A stretch of DNA of 51,095 bases, taken from positions 1 through 51,095 of the IMG/VR virus record IMGVR_UViG_3300037484_000032; one strand, written 5' to 3'. The position numbers were made by a program, and so were the translations under genes. Of the stretch, positions 24,972 to 35,011 are shown piece after piece (position 1 is the stretch's first letter; every line of letters begins with the position of its first letter). The notes under the pieces are model-generated. The model did no database searches and was not told where the DNA came from. It was given only the letters and a program-made list of their open reading frames with translations. The DNA is from a virus (lineage: Duplodnaviria > Caudoviricetes).

Positions 24972-27074
24972 ATGGCTAAACTTACTCTATCAAACATAAC
25001 TTCTGGTTTTGAATCAAATACAACTCAGAATGCTAACAATGATTTAATTGAACTTGCTTTAGAGAATACTCTGAGTAGGGATGGTACATCTCCGAATCAG
25101 ATGGGTGCCAATCTGGATATGAATGGCTTTATGATTCTTAATCAGGCCAATCCTATAGCTATCTCGGGTTTCACCTGGGAAGGTCCATGGATTACTGCAC
25201 AAGCCTACTCTATTGGAGATATTATAGAATCGAATGGAACAGCATATATAGCTATTGTTGCTCATACTTCTGGAGTTTTTCTTACTGATCTTGGGTCTAA
25301 TTATTGGCAAACCCTGGTAACTACAGCAGGGATACCTTCGCAAATAGGGCAAGCAAATAAATTTCTACAGACAGATGGTGCAGCAACTTCTTGGCAAGTA
25401 CCTGATGCTTCTGAAGTATCCTTTACACAATCCGGCACTGGTGGTGTAGCAACTACTGTACTGGAAAAGTTGAAACAACGGAAACACATATTTGATTTTA
25501 TGACATCAGCAGAGATTGCTGATGTAGTTGCTGGTACCCTCTTGACTGATGTAACTGCAAAAATCCAAGCAGCTATAGATGCTGTTACTTCTCTTGGAGG
25601 TATTGTTGAATTTGGTGCAGGTAGTTATCTAATTTCTTCTACTTTAATTCTTCCTTCTAAAGTGTATCTACTTGGACAAGGTTCATCTAATACTAAGATT
25701 TGGTTGGCAAATGCTTCCAATTGCACTATGTTGGAAACCACAGGATTTAATACATTAACTCTACAAAATAAATGGCTCATTTCTGAAAATGTACCCTATG
25801 GTTTTGGTTTTGATGGTATTACCTTTGATGGTAACAGAGCTAATCAAACCGCTGGTAATGGGGTATCCATTTATGGCAAAGGGTACCATATTGGTTTTGA
25901 TGTTAAAATTGTCAATGCTAAAGAGATAGGTTTCTACTCAGAGTGTGCCTTTAAAGGGGGACAAGTTGTAGAACAGGATATGCCTGAAGGTAATATAGGC
26001 AAAGTTCAAGTCTATATGTCTGGTAAAGAGGGCTTTGTCTATCGTGGTCCACATGACCAAACCATTCATGAAGTGTTTGTATCTCAGGCTGGACAAGATG
26101 GTGTCTATGATGGTGTAGCATTTGAAGCACAAACAAATATCTATCAAGGTGCTACATACATTACTGGTCAAATCCACTCTTATGCTTGTACAGGGCGTGG
26201 CATTTCTGTTAGATGTTTCTTACCAGCAGCAAACTGTCTTACTGGGGAAAATAATGATAGAGATGGAGTTGTTTTTGAGGCCGCAGGAGAAACTGTGGGT
26301 ATGATAGGAAGTCTATTTAGTAACATAGACTTTGTAGAAGCATACGGTAATGACAACAATGACACTGGTTTATATTGGGGTATTCGTTGTTCTGGAGCAA
26401 GTAATCAACTAACCAGTCTTCGTGCCTCATGTGCTGGACAATCAGCCGGTGGTGTATATATCTCTGGTAACTTAAACACTGTAGGTGGTGGTACTGTTAC
26501 TGGAGTGAATGCTATCGCAGATGGTACAGGACTTAAAGTAGATGGTAACTATCAAAAAGTAAAACTCATTATTGAAAACTTTGATAGTGGTATCAATACT
26601 GTAGGATTACACACAAGTGGTTGTGGCTATTCTACTATTGATGTTACACTGTTTAATTGTGCAGTAACAGGCTGGCTCAATAGCGGTGCTTCTACAAATA
26701 ATCTGTACACAGTCAGTGGCTTTTCTACAGCAGGAACTCCTTTTAGTCAGACTGGTTCTTTTTCTGTAACTGATAATTTTAATATTACTTTGAATTATGC
26801 AGGGACACCTTATCTCTCAAGATACAATGATAGTGTTCAAAAAGGTATTTTGCAACCAAATACTTCAGTAACTGTCACTCATAATGGATTTAAGATTCCT
26901 GGACCCGGGGATATAACTATAACTCCAGATGAAAACTGGTGTGTATTGTCTACTGGTGTAGCACGTAATTGGTGGATTAGTAACATTACAGCAACGACAT
27001 TTAACGTAAATGTGAATACAGCAGTTGAAGTAGCAGAGACTTCTCTACTTTTCCATTGGAAACTTAATATCTAA
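24972..27074 (+). CDS. Tail spike / receptor-binding protein with pectate-lyase-like beta-helix
   Basis: N-terminal anchor, CBM5/12-like WITAQAYSIGD..AHTSG, DVTAKIQAAIDA..GGIVEFGAGSYLIS, GITFDGN, Gly/Asn-rich repeats. Confidence 0.85.
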   Translation: MAKLTLSNITSGFESNTTQNANNDLIELALENTLSRDGTSPNQMGANLDMNGFMILNQANPIAISGFTWEGPWITAQAYSIGDIIESNGTAYIAIVAHTSGVFLTDLGSNYWQTLVTTAGIPSQIGQANKFLQTDGAATSWQVPDASEVSFTQSGTGGVATTVLEKLKQRKHIFDFMTSAEIADVVAGTLLTDVTAKIQAAIDAVTSLGGIVEFGAGSYLISSTLILPSKVYLLGQGSSNTKIWLANASNCTMLETTGFNTLTLQNKWLISENVPYGFGFDGITFDGNRANQTAGNGVSIYGKGYHIGFDVKIVNAKEIGFYSECAFKGGQVVEQDMPEGNIGKVQVYMSGKEGFVYRGPHDQTIHEVFVSQAGQDGVYDGVAFEAQTNIYQGATYITGQIHSYACTGRGISVRCFLPAANCLTGENNDRDGVVFEAAGETVGMIGSLFSNIDFVEAYGNDNNDTGLYWGIRCSGASNQLTSLRASCAGQSAGGVYISGNLNTVGGGTVTGVNAIADGTGLKVDGNYQKVKLIIENFDSGINTVGLHTSGCGYSTIDVTLFNCAVTGWLNSGASTNNLYTVSGFSTAGTPFSQTGSFSVTDNFNITLNYAGTPYLSRYNDSVQKGILQPNTSVTVTHNGFKIPGPGDITITPDENWCVLSTGVARNWWISNITATTFNVNVNTAVEVAETSLLFHWKLNI

Positions 27075-28600
27075 TGTCTGAAAAATACGGCCTCATTCGA
27101 GAGAGTGCAGAAGCTTCACTAGAAGTATTTATCCGATTGGTGGCCCCCCACATGCTTTTGGGGGCCATCCATCAGGAACTAATACAATGGTGGAATAGAC
27201 AAGATGCAAAACCTAATCAACTTGTTCTGCTTCCTCGTGGTCACTTAAAAAGTAAACTAGTGGCATACAGAGTTGCTTGGTGGATTACAAAACATCCTGA
27301 AACCACAATTCTCTATGTATCTGCTACAGCAGACTTGGCTGAGAAACAACTCTTCCAGATTAAACAGATTCTGGATAATCCAATCTACAAGAGATATTGG
27401 CCTAGTATGCTCAATCCCGATATAGGTAAAAGAGAACGTTGGGCTGTAGAAGAAATTGCTATAGATCATCCACAAAGAAAATTAGAAGGTGTGCGTGACC
27501 CCACCTGTAAAGCTTGTGGTCTTAAGATGAACACCACAGGCTTCCACGCAGACGTTGTTGTTTTGGATGACATCGTAGTTCCTGCTAATGCTTACACGGA
27601 AGAGGGTAGAGATACGGTTGCCGCTGCATACTCTCAGCTTGCTTCTATTGAGAATCCAGAGGCTCTAGAATGGGTAGTTGGTACTCGCTATCATCCTCGT
27701 GATATTTATGATACTATGATTAACATGAAGGCGGAAATTTTTGATGATGATGGTAATATAGTAGAAGAGGATGAATTGTATGAACTATTCCAACGAGTTG
27801 TAGAAACAGAAGGAGAGTTCCTATGGCCTCGTCAATCTCGTGCTGATGGTAAGAAGTTTGGTTTTGATGAACGAGTTCTTTCTGTTATCAAAGGAAAATA
27901 CGTTGACCAAATACAATTCTTCAGCCAATACTACAATAATCCTAACACAGCAGATACCGCAAGGATTTCAGCAGAGAAGTTTCAATACTATGAAAGAAAT
28001 CTCCTCAAGAATCTGGAAGGAGATTGGTATATCAAGGATAGGAAACTATCTGTCTATGCTGCAATTGACTTTGCTTTTTCTCTTGCTAAAAAAGCAGACA
28101 GTACTGCAATTGTAGTTGTTGGTGTGGACCATTTGGGTAATTTCTATGTTCTGGATATTGATAGATTCAAGACATCTAGGATCGTAGATTACTACAACCA
28201 TATTGTAACTGCCCAACAGAAATGGGGTTTCAGAAAGATTCGCGCTGAAATCAATGTAGCACAAAAGGCTGTTGTAGAGGAACTGAAATCCTCCTACATC
28301 AAACCAAACGGTCTTCCTCTGTCTATTGATGAACACAATCCCAATAGGCACCAAGGAGACAAAGAAGAACGCATGGCAGCAGTACTTGAACCTAAGTATG
28401 ACAACCTGCAAGTATGGCATTACAAAGGAGGCAATTGCCAACTTCTTGAAGAGGAACTTGTAATGGCACATCCTCCTCATGATGACATTAAAGATAGTTT
28501 GGCAAATGCTATTAGTATTGCTATCATCCCGAAACAACGGAATGCACTGGCAACTGTAAGTAATATCTCAATCCATCCTAGATTTGGTGGAGTTTTTTGA
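27074..28600 (+). CDS. terL: Terminase large subunit
   Basis: LPRGHLKS, VVLDD, VGTRY, AAIDFA, HDDIKD. Confidence 0.92.
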   Translation: MSEKYGLIRESAEASLEVFIRLVAPHMLLGAIHQELIQWWNRQDAKPNQLVLLPRGHLKSKLVAYRVAWWITKHPETTILYVSATADLAEKQLFQIKQILDNPIYKRYWPSMLNPDIGKRERWAVEEIAIDHPQRKLEGVRDPTCKACGLKMNTTGFHADVVVLDDIVVPANAYTEEGRDTVAAAYSQLASIENPEALEWVVGTRYHPRDIYDTMINMKAEIFDDDGNIVEEDELYELFQRVVETEGEFLWPRQSRADGKKFGFDERVLSVIKGKYVDQIQFFSQYYNNPNTADTARISAEKFQYYERNLLKNLEGDWYIKDRKLSVYAAIDFAFSLAKKADSTAIVVVGVDHLGNFYVLDIDRFKTSRIVDYYNHIVTAQQKWGFRKIRAEINVAQKAVVEELKSSYIKPNGLPLSIDEHNPNRHQGDKEERMAAVLEPKYDNLQVWHYKGGNCQLLEEELVMAHPPHDDIKDSLANAISIAIIPKQRNALATVSNISIHPRFGGVF

Positions 28601-28690
28601 CTAGGGCTTGTCGTTGTAATTTAGGATTAGGGCTTTTCAGAGATAACAGCCTATTTCTTTTTAACGCTATTACTTATTTAGGAGAATAAT

Positions 28691-30466
28691 ATGGCTGGGC
28701 GTATAGCTCAAATCCAAGCAGCATCCACACCAGATACACTTGCAAAGCAACTATCTGAATTGTACAATCAATGGTGGATTCAACGTGGTCCAAAGGAAGA
28801 GGAGTGGAAAGAACTCCGTAACTATCTTTTTGCTACTGATACCACTAAGACTACAAACAGTAAAGCTCCTTGGAAGAATAAAACCACATTGCCCAAACTC
28901 ACCCAAATTAGGGATAACCTTCATGCTAACTACATGGATGCCTTGTTTCCTAATGATGACTGGTTGAAATGGGAAGGCTACACTCGTACTGATGTAGTCA
29001 AAAAGAAAAGGTTGGCTATTGAAGCCTACATGAAAAACAAACTCCGCGAGAGTGGGTTTAGAGAACTTATCTCTAAATGTTTATATGACTACATCGATTA
29101 TGGCAATGTTTTTGCTGAAGCTATTTGGGTAGAGGAAAAGACAAAAGACCCCTCTTCAGGTGAAATGGTTGATATTTATACAGGCCCAAAAGCTTTGCGT
29201 ATTTCTCCTCATGACCATGTATTTAATCCTGTAGCAGCTTCTTATGCTAAGTCTCCCAAGTTTACTCGTTACATGAAATCTCTTGGAGAACTGAAGAAGG
29301 AAGTCCTCTATAGGACAGACTTGAATTTTGATAATGCAGTTTTTGAGAAGATTGTATCTCTGCGTAAACAGATGTCTGATTTTAGACTGGAAGACATCGC
29401 AAAGGCGGAGGGTTATTTTATTGATGGCTTTGGTTCTCTTAAAGAATACTATCAATCTGGTTTGGTAGAGCTTATTGAATTTGAAGGTGATGTCTTTGAC
29501 ATGGATACCGGAGAACTCAAAGAGAATCGTATCATCACTATTGCAGATCGTAAATTTATCCTACGAGATATTGCTAATCCAAGTTGGTTAGGACAAGATA
29601 ATAAAGTTAATGTTTGTTGGAGAGAGCGTCCTGATAATCTCTATGGTATGGGTCCGCTTGATAATCTGGTTGGTCTTCAGTATCGTCTTGACCATCTAGA
29701 AAACAACAAAGCAGATGCAATGGACCTGACTATCCATCCTCCCAAGGTGATTAAGGGTGATGTAGAACCTTTTGATTGGGCACCTGGTGTTGATATTCAT
29801 GTACCAGAAGATGGTGATGTACAACAACTTGCTCCTAATGCTGCGGCTTTCCAAGTCAATAACGAGATTGGTTATTTGCTGCAAATTATGGAGGAAATGG
29901 CAGGAGCACCCAAAGAAGCTATGGGTATTCGTACTCCTGGAGAAAAGACAGCATTTGAAGTTCAACAACTACAAAATGCTGCAAGTCGTATCTTCCAGAA
30001 CAAGATTAATAAGTTTGAAATTGAGTTCTTGGAACCGCTCATCAATAAGATGCTGGAACTTGCCAAACGTCACATGGATGTTAAAGATGTAGCACGAATC
30101 ATTGACAATGATTTGGGAGTGACTGCCTTTATTGAAATTACAAAAGAAGATATTACCTCTAAAGGGGTTCTTCGTCCTATTGGTGCTCGTCATTATGCTG
30201 CACGTGCTCAATTGATGCAGAATCTGGTTGGAATCTTCAATAGTCCTGTTGGACAGATTATTATGCCTCATGTTTCTGGTAAAGAACTTTCTAAGATGGT
30301 TGAAGAATATATGGGTTTTGAGAAGTTTAAGTTCATCAAAGATAATGCTGCTGTCTTTGAAGGAAAGGAAACCCAACGCCTTATGAATCAGGCACAAGGC
30401 ACACTTGAAGGTGAAACTGCAACACCTGTAGAAGAAAATATGATGACAACTGCAAAAAGTGCTTGA
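28691..30466 (+). CDS. Portal (head-tail connector) protein
   Basis: 591 aa after TerL; YGNVF, YGMGP, TAFEV motifs. Confidence 0.88.
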   Translation: MAGRIAQIQAASTPDTLAKQLSELYNQWWIQRGPKEEEWKELRNYLFATDTTKTTNSKAPWKNKTTLPKLTQIRDNLHANYMDALFPNDDWLKWEGYTRTDVVKKKRLAIEAYMKNKLRESGFRELISKCLYDYIDYGNVFAEAIWVEEKTKDPSSGEMVDIYTGPKALRISPHDHVFNPVAASYAKSPKFTRYMKSLGELKKEVLYRTDLNFDNAVFEKIVSLRKQMSDFRLEDIAKAEGYFIDGFGSLKEYYQSGLVELIEFEGDVFDMDTGELKENRIITIADRKFILRDIANPSWLGQDNKVNVCWRERPDNLYGMGPLDNLVGLQYRLDHLENNKADAMDLTIHPPKVIKGDVEPFDWAPGVDIHVPEDGDVQQLAPNAAAFQVNNEIGYLLQIMEEMAGAPKEAMGIRTPGEKTAFEVQQLQNAASRIFQNKINKFEIEFLEPLINKMLELAKRHMDVKDVARIIDNDLGVTAFIEITKEDITSKGVLRPIGARHYAARAQLMQNLVGIFNSPVGQIIMPHVSGKELSKMVEEYMGFEKFKFIKDNAAVFEGKETQRLMNQAQGTLEGETATPVEENMMTTAKSA

Positions 30467-30491
30467 CAAGAATCATTTTTTCTGGTATAAT
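30463..30491 (+). promoter_or_regulatory. Consensus sigma70 promoter upstream of scaffold/capsid genes
   Basis: TTGACA-N17-TATAAT with TGn, overlapping the portal stop codon. Confidence 0.85.
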
Positions 30492-30498
30492 AGTAAGT

Positions 30499-30735
30499 AT
30501 GTTAAATAAATTAAAAGAAAAAGATACTTCTAAATTAACAAAAGAAGAAGTCTATGACTTCCTTATTAAGTATTTAGAAGAACAAATATCTCTTTCTGAA
30601 AGAACTACAAGAAACGAAGAATCATTTGACACCCCTAATTGGGCTTTGCATCAAGCGTATCATGTTGGTATGCAAAAAGCTTTCACTAGAGTTAAAGAAC
30701 TAATCCCCTTGACAAAAGGTAAAAATAATGACTGA
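30499..30735 (+). CDS. Small hypothetical protein between portal and scaffold
   Basis: ATG 7 nt after the -10 box (possibly leaderless); PNWALHQAY..G. Confidence 0.6.
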   Translation: MLNKLKEKDTSKLTKEEVYDFLIKYLEEQISLSERTTRNEESFDTPNWALHQAYHVGMQKAFTRVKELIPLTKGKNND

Positions 30736-31420
30736 TTCAACTCCGTTCTCGGCGACCACCGATGACACAGTAACACCCCCAGCGAATACTACTACTCTCC
30801 CACCGGAAGTATCTGAATTGGTTGGACAAGGCAAGAAATATGCAACTGTTGATGATGCTTTGAAATCTGTACCTCACGCTCAAAATCATATCAAAACTCT
30901 CACAGAAGAGTTACAAGCAGCGAAGGCAGAATTGGAAAAGCGTAAAACTGCAGAGCAACTTCTTGAAGAAATTAAGTCTGGAATCAAGCCTACAGAGATA
31001 CCCTCTACTAGTCCTATTACACCAGATATAGTAGCGCAGTTGATTAAGCAGACTCTTTCTGAGCAACAACAAGAAACAGTAGCTGCTAAAAATGTTGAAC
31101 AAGTAACCACTACTTTTTCAGCCAAATATGGTGACAAAGCCGAAGAGGTTTACATCGAATTGGCGAAACAAACTGGTTTGACTGTGCAACAACTAAATCT
31201 GCTGTCCAAAACTTCTCCTGCTGCTGTTTTGAAGCTTGCAGGACTTTCAGATAGCAAGCCTCCAGTTGCTGGAAAACTTGATTCTTCTGTGAATACAGAA
31301 AATTTCCAAAGGCAACAGGATACTTCTACTCTGTCAGCAAAGGTTAGATCGGGTGCTTCTACAAAGGACTTGGTTAATTCCTGGAAGATTGCTGGACAGA
31401 AAGTAGGTAAACCCTCTTAA
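30728..31420 (+). CDS. Capsid scaffolding protein
   Basis: Coiled coil, GQGKKY..AQNHIKTL; position before MCP. Confidence 0.75.
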   Translation: MTDSTPFSATTDDTVTPPANTTTLPPEVSELVGQGKKYATVDDALKSVPHAQNHIKTLTEELQAAKAELEKRKTAEQLLEEIKSGIKPTEIPSTSPITPDIVAQLIKQTLSEQQQETVAAKNVEQVTTTFSAKYGDKAEEVYIELAKQTGLTVQQLNLLSKTSPAAVLKLAGLSDSKPPVAGKLDSSVNTENFQRQQDTSTLSAKVRSGASTKDLVNSWKIAGQKVGKPS

Positions 31421-31435
31421 TAAGGACTATAAAAA

Positions 31436-32419
31436 ATGTCTCAAACTACTCAAAATACTACGGCTTTTATCGAAGCCCAACAGTATTCTCAGTTCATTCT
31501 CGATAACCTGCCGGATTATCTTCTGCCAGAAGGCATGTGGCGTGATGTATCGGACTTCGGTTCTGGTACTACGCTGAATATTAAAACCGTTGGTGCGGTA
31601 ACCATTCAGGATGCGGCTGAGGATACTCCTCTGGCGTTCACCCCGATTGATACCAACACTATCACTCTGACTATCACTGACTATGTTGGTGATGCTTGGA
31701 AGGTCACTGATGACCTGCGTGAAGATGGTTCTCAAGTTGATACTCTGATGGCTATGCGTGCGATGGAATCCACTCGCGCTCTGGCTCAACATCATGAGTC
31801 TCGTTTGTTCTCTGTGGCCAATCTGGCACAAACCAATGCAAACGTGAACTTGGTGAATGGTCGTCCTCACCGTTGGATTGGTGGTGGTGCTGGTGTTACT
31901 ACTCGCACTATGTCGTTGACTGACTTCATTGCTATGAAGTTGGCTTTTGACAAAGCAAACGTCCCCGCTGGTGGCCGTATTGCTGTGGTTGACCCGATTG
32001 TTGAAGCTTCTATCAACTCTCTGACCAATCTGGTTAACGTGTCCAACAACCCGATGTTTGAAGGCATTGTGACTGAAGGTTTTGCTCGTGACCATAAGTT
32101 CGTTAAGAACATCTTTGGTTTCGACGTTTACACTTCTAATCACCTGCCGGTTAAGACTGCTACTGAAGCAATCAATGCGTCTTCGTACAATCTGGCTAAT
32201 ACCACTGCACAAATTGGTGACGTAGCTAACGTCTTCATGTCTGTAACTGATGACTCTACTAAACCGATTATGCACGCATGGCGTCGCGCTCCTAAGACCG
32301 AAGGTTGGCGTGAATCCGAACTCCGTAGCGATATGTTCCAAGTGACTTCTCGTTTCGGTTTCGGTGCTCAACGTGTTGATACGCTTGGTGTTATTCTGAC
32401 CAGCGCCTCGGCATACTAA
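31436..32419 (+). CDS. Major capsid protein
   Basis: 327 aa, high-expression codon bias, position, G.TLNI.TVG pattern. Confidence 0.88.
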   Translation: MSQTTQNTTAFIEAQQYSQFILDNLPDYLLPEGMWRDVSDFGSGTTLNIKTVGAVTIQDAAEDTPLAFTPIDTNTITLTITDYVGDAWKVTDDLREDGSQVDTLMAMRAMESTRALAQHHESRLFSVANLAQTNANVNLVNGRPHRWIGGGAGVTTRTMSLTDFIAMKLAFDKANVPAGGRIAVVDPIVEASINSLTNLVNVSNNPMFEGIVTEGFARDHKFVKNIFGFDVYTSNHLPVKTATEAINASSYNLANTTAQIGDVANVFMSVTDDSTKPIMHAWRRAPKTEGWRESELRSDMFQVTSRFGFGAQRVDTLGVILTSASAY

Positions 32420-32440
32420 TTCTAGGTAAAGGAGAAAAAA

Positions 32441-32938
32441 ATGTCTTTGGAAAACTCTAATGGTCTCGGTGTTCTGACTCACTACGGTGTGCGTACTGTT
32501 GACCCGAAACATGGTGGTGAAATGTGTGATGAGGTCATCAAGACTGTCCAGTGGACTTTCTCGTACAATGACCTCCCCGCAGGTGCCACTACCAAACTTG
32601 GTTATAGCATCCCTGCCAACTCTACCATCTTGATGGCTAAGTTGCAGATTATTGATGCCTTTACCTCTACTTCTACCACCACTGACCTCACGGTTGGTCT
32701 GGAACAAGCAGATGGTACTGACATCGATCTGGATGGTCTGATTACGGCGGCTCAAGCCACCCAAACTACTATTGCAGTTGTCAACTCTGTTATCGATGGT
32801 GCTTCCGGTACTCCGGCTGCTCTGATTGGTACTACGATTGGTACGGCTGCTGGTGAACTGGTGGTTACCCCGTCTGTTGCTGACCTGTTGACTGGTAAGG
32901 CTCGTCTGATTGTTCAATACATCCGTCGTGGTCTGTAA
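32441..32938 (+). CDS. Capsid decoration / accessory virion protein
   Basis: Follows MCP, same codon bias, strong SD, followed by a terminator. Confidence 0.6.
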   Translation: MSLENSNGLGVLTHYGVRTVDPKHGGEMCDEVIKTVQWTFSYNDLPAGATTKLGYSIPANSTILMAKLQIIDAFTSTSTTTDLTVGLEQADGTDIDLDGLITAAQATQTTIAVVNSVIDGASGTPAALIGTTIGTAAGELVVTPSVADLLTGKARLIVQYIRRGL

Positions 32939-32982
32939 ACGGTAACTCTGTTTCATTAACAACTATAAAGATGAAAGTCTTT

Positions 32983-33021
32983 AGGGGGGTAGGGGTTTCG
33001 CTCCTATCCCTCTTTTATTTC
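32983..33021 (+). terminator. Intrinsic terminator after the capsid genes
   Basis: agggggggtagggg-loop-ctcctatccctc stem followed by ttttattt. Confidence 0.75.
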
Positions 33022-33034
33022 AAAGGAAACTAAA

Positions 33035-33280
33035 ATGGCAAATCCTACTAAAGAAAACAGCCAACTGGCGGATAAAGTTGGTAAACCTCTGATTGGTTCT
33101 CAACAAACCAATGTACCTGTTGTTGTAGATGCACTTGATGGTGCTACTCTTACTGGTGATACTCTTACCACTAGTGCTACTCCGACAGTAGATGAATTGG
33201 AAGCTTGCGTTGGTGTTCTGGGTGGTAAAGTCAATGCAATCTTGGCAATTCTGTCTGCACATGGTTTGATGGCTGACTAA
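33035..33280 (+). CDS. Small virion protein (head-fibre-like)
   Basis: C-terminal KVNAILAILSAHGLM pattern; position. Confidence 0.5.
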   Translation: MANPTKENSQLADKVGKPLIGSQQTNVPVVVDALDGATLTGDTLTTSATPTVDELEACVGVLGGKVNAILAILSAHGLMAD

Positions 33281-33292
33281 TAGGAGTATAAA

Positions 33293-33934
33293 ATGGCTGT
33301 ACAGCACTCGGCAATTCCTGACGCGCAACTTCACCAGCCCAAAGGGGCTAGTACGGCTGCTGTCAATGAAACAATACATTCTGATGGGGCTGGTGCAACC
33401 ACATGGGAAAAGGTATCCCCTCCGCATTTGGAGGGGATTACTGGTAATGGTAGTGTAGGGATGCACATTGATAGTGATGGGGCAGGTGGTTTCTCTATGG
33501 ACTATCTACCACATGGTACAATATACTTTACTAATTATGCTGCTCCTTATGCACAAGCTTGGGCGGCTGCTTATGCAAAGATTGGTGTCACTACTACTGC
33601 TTCTGGTAGTCCAATAGGTTTCACAGAAACAACTACTAACCGTTTAACCTATACTGGTCCTACTCGTCCACACTTTAGGGTTCAATGGGCAATTTCTCTT
33701 GACCAAGCAACTGCTGGTAATCTAGATATTAGTGTTGCTGTTTATAAAAATGGAGCACTTGTTTCTGGTTCAGAAGGTACTTTTACATCTGTTCCAAATA
33801 TTAAAGTTATGTTGTCAGGACTAACTGACGTTGATCTTGCAGTAACTGACTACATAGAACTATGGATTTGGAATCGTGGTGGTGCAGGTACAATTAATAT
33901 CTATCACATGACTATGATGGTGTCGGAGGTTTAA
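33293..33934 (+). CDS. Virion fibre protein with a C1q/TNF-like jelly-roll C-terminus (putative)
   Basis: H.PKGA N-terminus; VYKNG...LAVTDYIELW. Confidence 0.5.
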   Translation: MAVQHSAIPDAQLHQPKGASTAAVNETIHSDGAGATTWEKVSPPHLEGITGNGSVGMHIDSDGAGGFSMDYLPHGTIYFTNYAAPYAQAWAAAYAKIGVTTTASGSPIGFTETTTNRLTYTGPTRPHFRVQWAISLDQATAGNLDISVAVYKNGALVSGSEGTFTSVPNIKVMLSGLTDVDLAVTDYIELWIWNRGGAGTINIYHMTMMVSEV

Positions 33935-33935
33935 T

Positions 33936-34685
33936 ATGGCTAAGATGACACTATTAGATATAGTACAAGATGTATTGTCTGATATGGAGAGTGATGAAGT
34001 CAATTCCATTAATGACACCACGGAATCTTTGGAAGTTGCTCAGATTGTTAAGTCTACTTATTACAATATCATTGATGGTAAGCATTGGCCTTGGTTGAAA
34101 GAACTGTTCCAGTTGACTGCTTTGTCAGATACAACTAAACCAACCCATATGCAGATTCCTGAAACTATTGAGGATATTGAATTCGTAAAGTATAATAAGC
34201 GTAAACTTGCTGATACACGAGATTTCTATTCCACTCTCAAGTATAAGACTCCTGAAGAGTTCTTGCTCATCCTTGAAAGACGGGATTCTTCTGCTTCTGA
34301 TGTTCTTGTTGTTACTGATTATAGTAACACTAAATTGAATGTTTATACAGATAAAGCACCTGAATATTACACATCTTTTGATGATAACTATGTAGTATTT
34401 GATAGTTATGATTCTGCTATAGATACCACTCTGCAAACATCTAAAACCCAGTGTTATGGTCGCCGTCACCCCACTTGGACAATGGAGGACACCTTTACTC
34501 CTGACCTGCCAGTTCAGATGTTTAGTTATTTGCTTAATGAAGCCAAGGCTACGTGTTTCGCTACTCTTAAGCAAACAGTCAACCAGAAAGCGGAACAACA
34601 TGCGATCTCGCAGAGGCGTCGTCAGAGCCAGGATGCCTGGAAACTTAACAAGGGTATTCGTTATCCTAATTATGGGAGAAAATAA
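33936..34685 (+). CDS. Tail tubular protein A / head-tail adaptor
   Basis: TLLDIVQDVL..VNSI..E N-terminus; podoviral synteny. Confidence 0.7.
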   Translation: MAKMTLLDIVQDVLSDMESDEVNSINDTTESLEVAQIVKSTYYNIIDGKHWPWLKELFQLTALSDTTKPTHMQIPETIEDIEFVKYNKRKLADTRDFYSTLKYKTPEEFLLILERRDSSASDVLVVTDYSNTKLNVYTDKAPEYYTSFDDNYVVFDSYDSAIDTTLQTSKTQCYGRRHPTWTMEDTFTPDLPVQMFSYLLNEAKATCFATLKQTVNQKAEQHAISQRRRQSQDAWKLNKGIRYPNYGRK

Positions 34686-34806
34686 TGGCCTGTAAGAAGA
34701 AGAAAAAAAAGAAATGAACACTCAAGATACTTCCTTTGTGAACAAAGAGAAATACAGTAAGACAAAGAAGAAGAAACCTAATCCTAAAAAGAAACCTCAA
34801 AAATGA
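34685..34806 (+). CDS. Two coupled Lys-rich mini-ORFs (34685-34717 MACKKKKKKK; 34714-34806, 30 aa)
   Basis: TAATG and two ATGA overlaps link them to both neighbours. Confidence 0.4.
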
Positions 34807-35009
34807 AAACCTTTGAAACACCCGCTGGTAAAAAGATTCAACTGAAGATTCAAGAGAACTCTCGTTTGATTAAGATAGAATTTGCTACTGGTGGTGAACT
34901 TCCCGTAGAACTTTCAGGTCTATTCACTACTGAACGAGAGGCATCTTTTGCAGTTATTCGTTATCTAGATTCTGTGAAGGACAAGAAACTTCCTAAAGAA
35001 AAAGAGTAA
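34803..35009 (+). CDS. Hypothetical protein
   Basis: GGELP.ELSGLFT motif; coupled ORF. Confidence 0.65.
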   Translation: MKTFETPAGKKIQLKIQENSRLIKIEFATGGELPVELSGLFTTEREASFAVIRYLDSVKDKKLPKEKE

Positions 35010-35011
35010 TC

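Noticed and set aside
31427-32962. 511-aa antisense ORF spanning the capsid genes
   Set aside because: It mirrors the strongly codon-biased MCP and decoration frames, has no motifs and opposes the arm's direction
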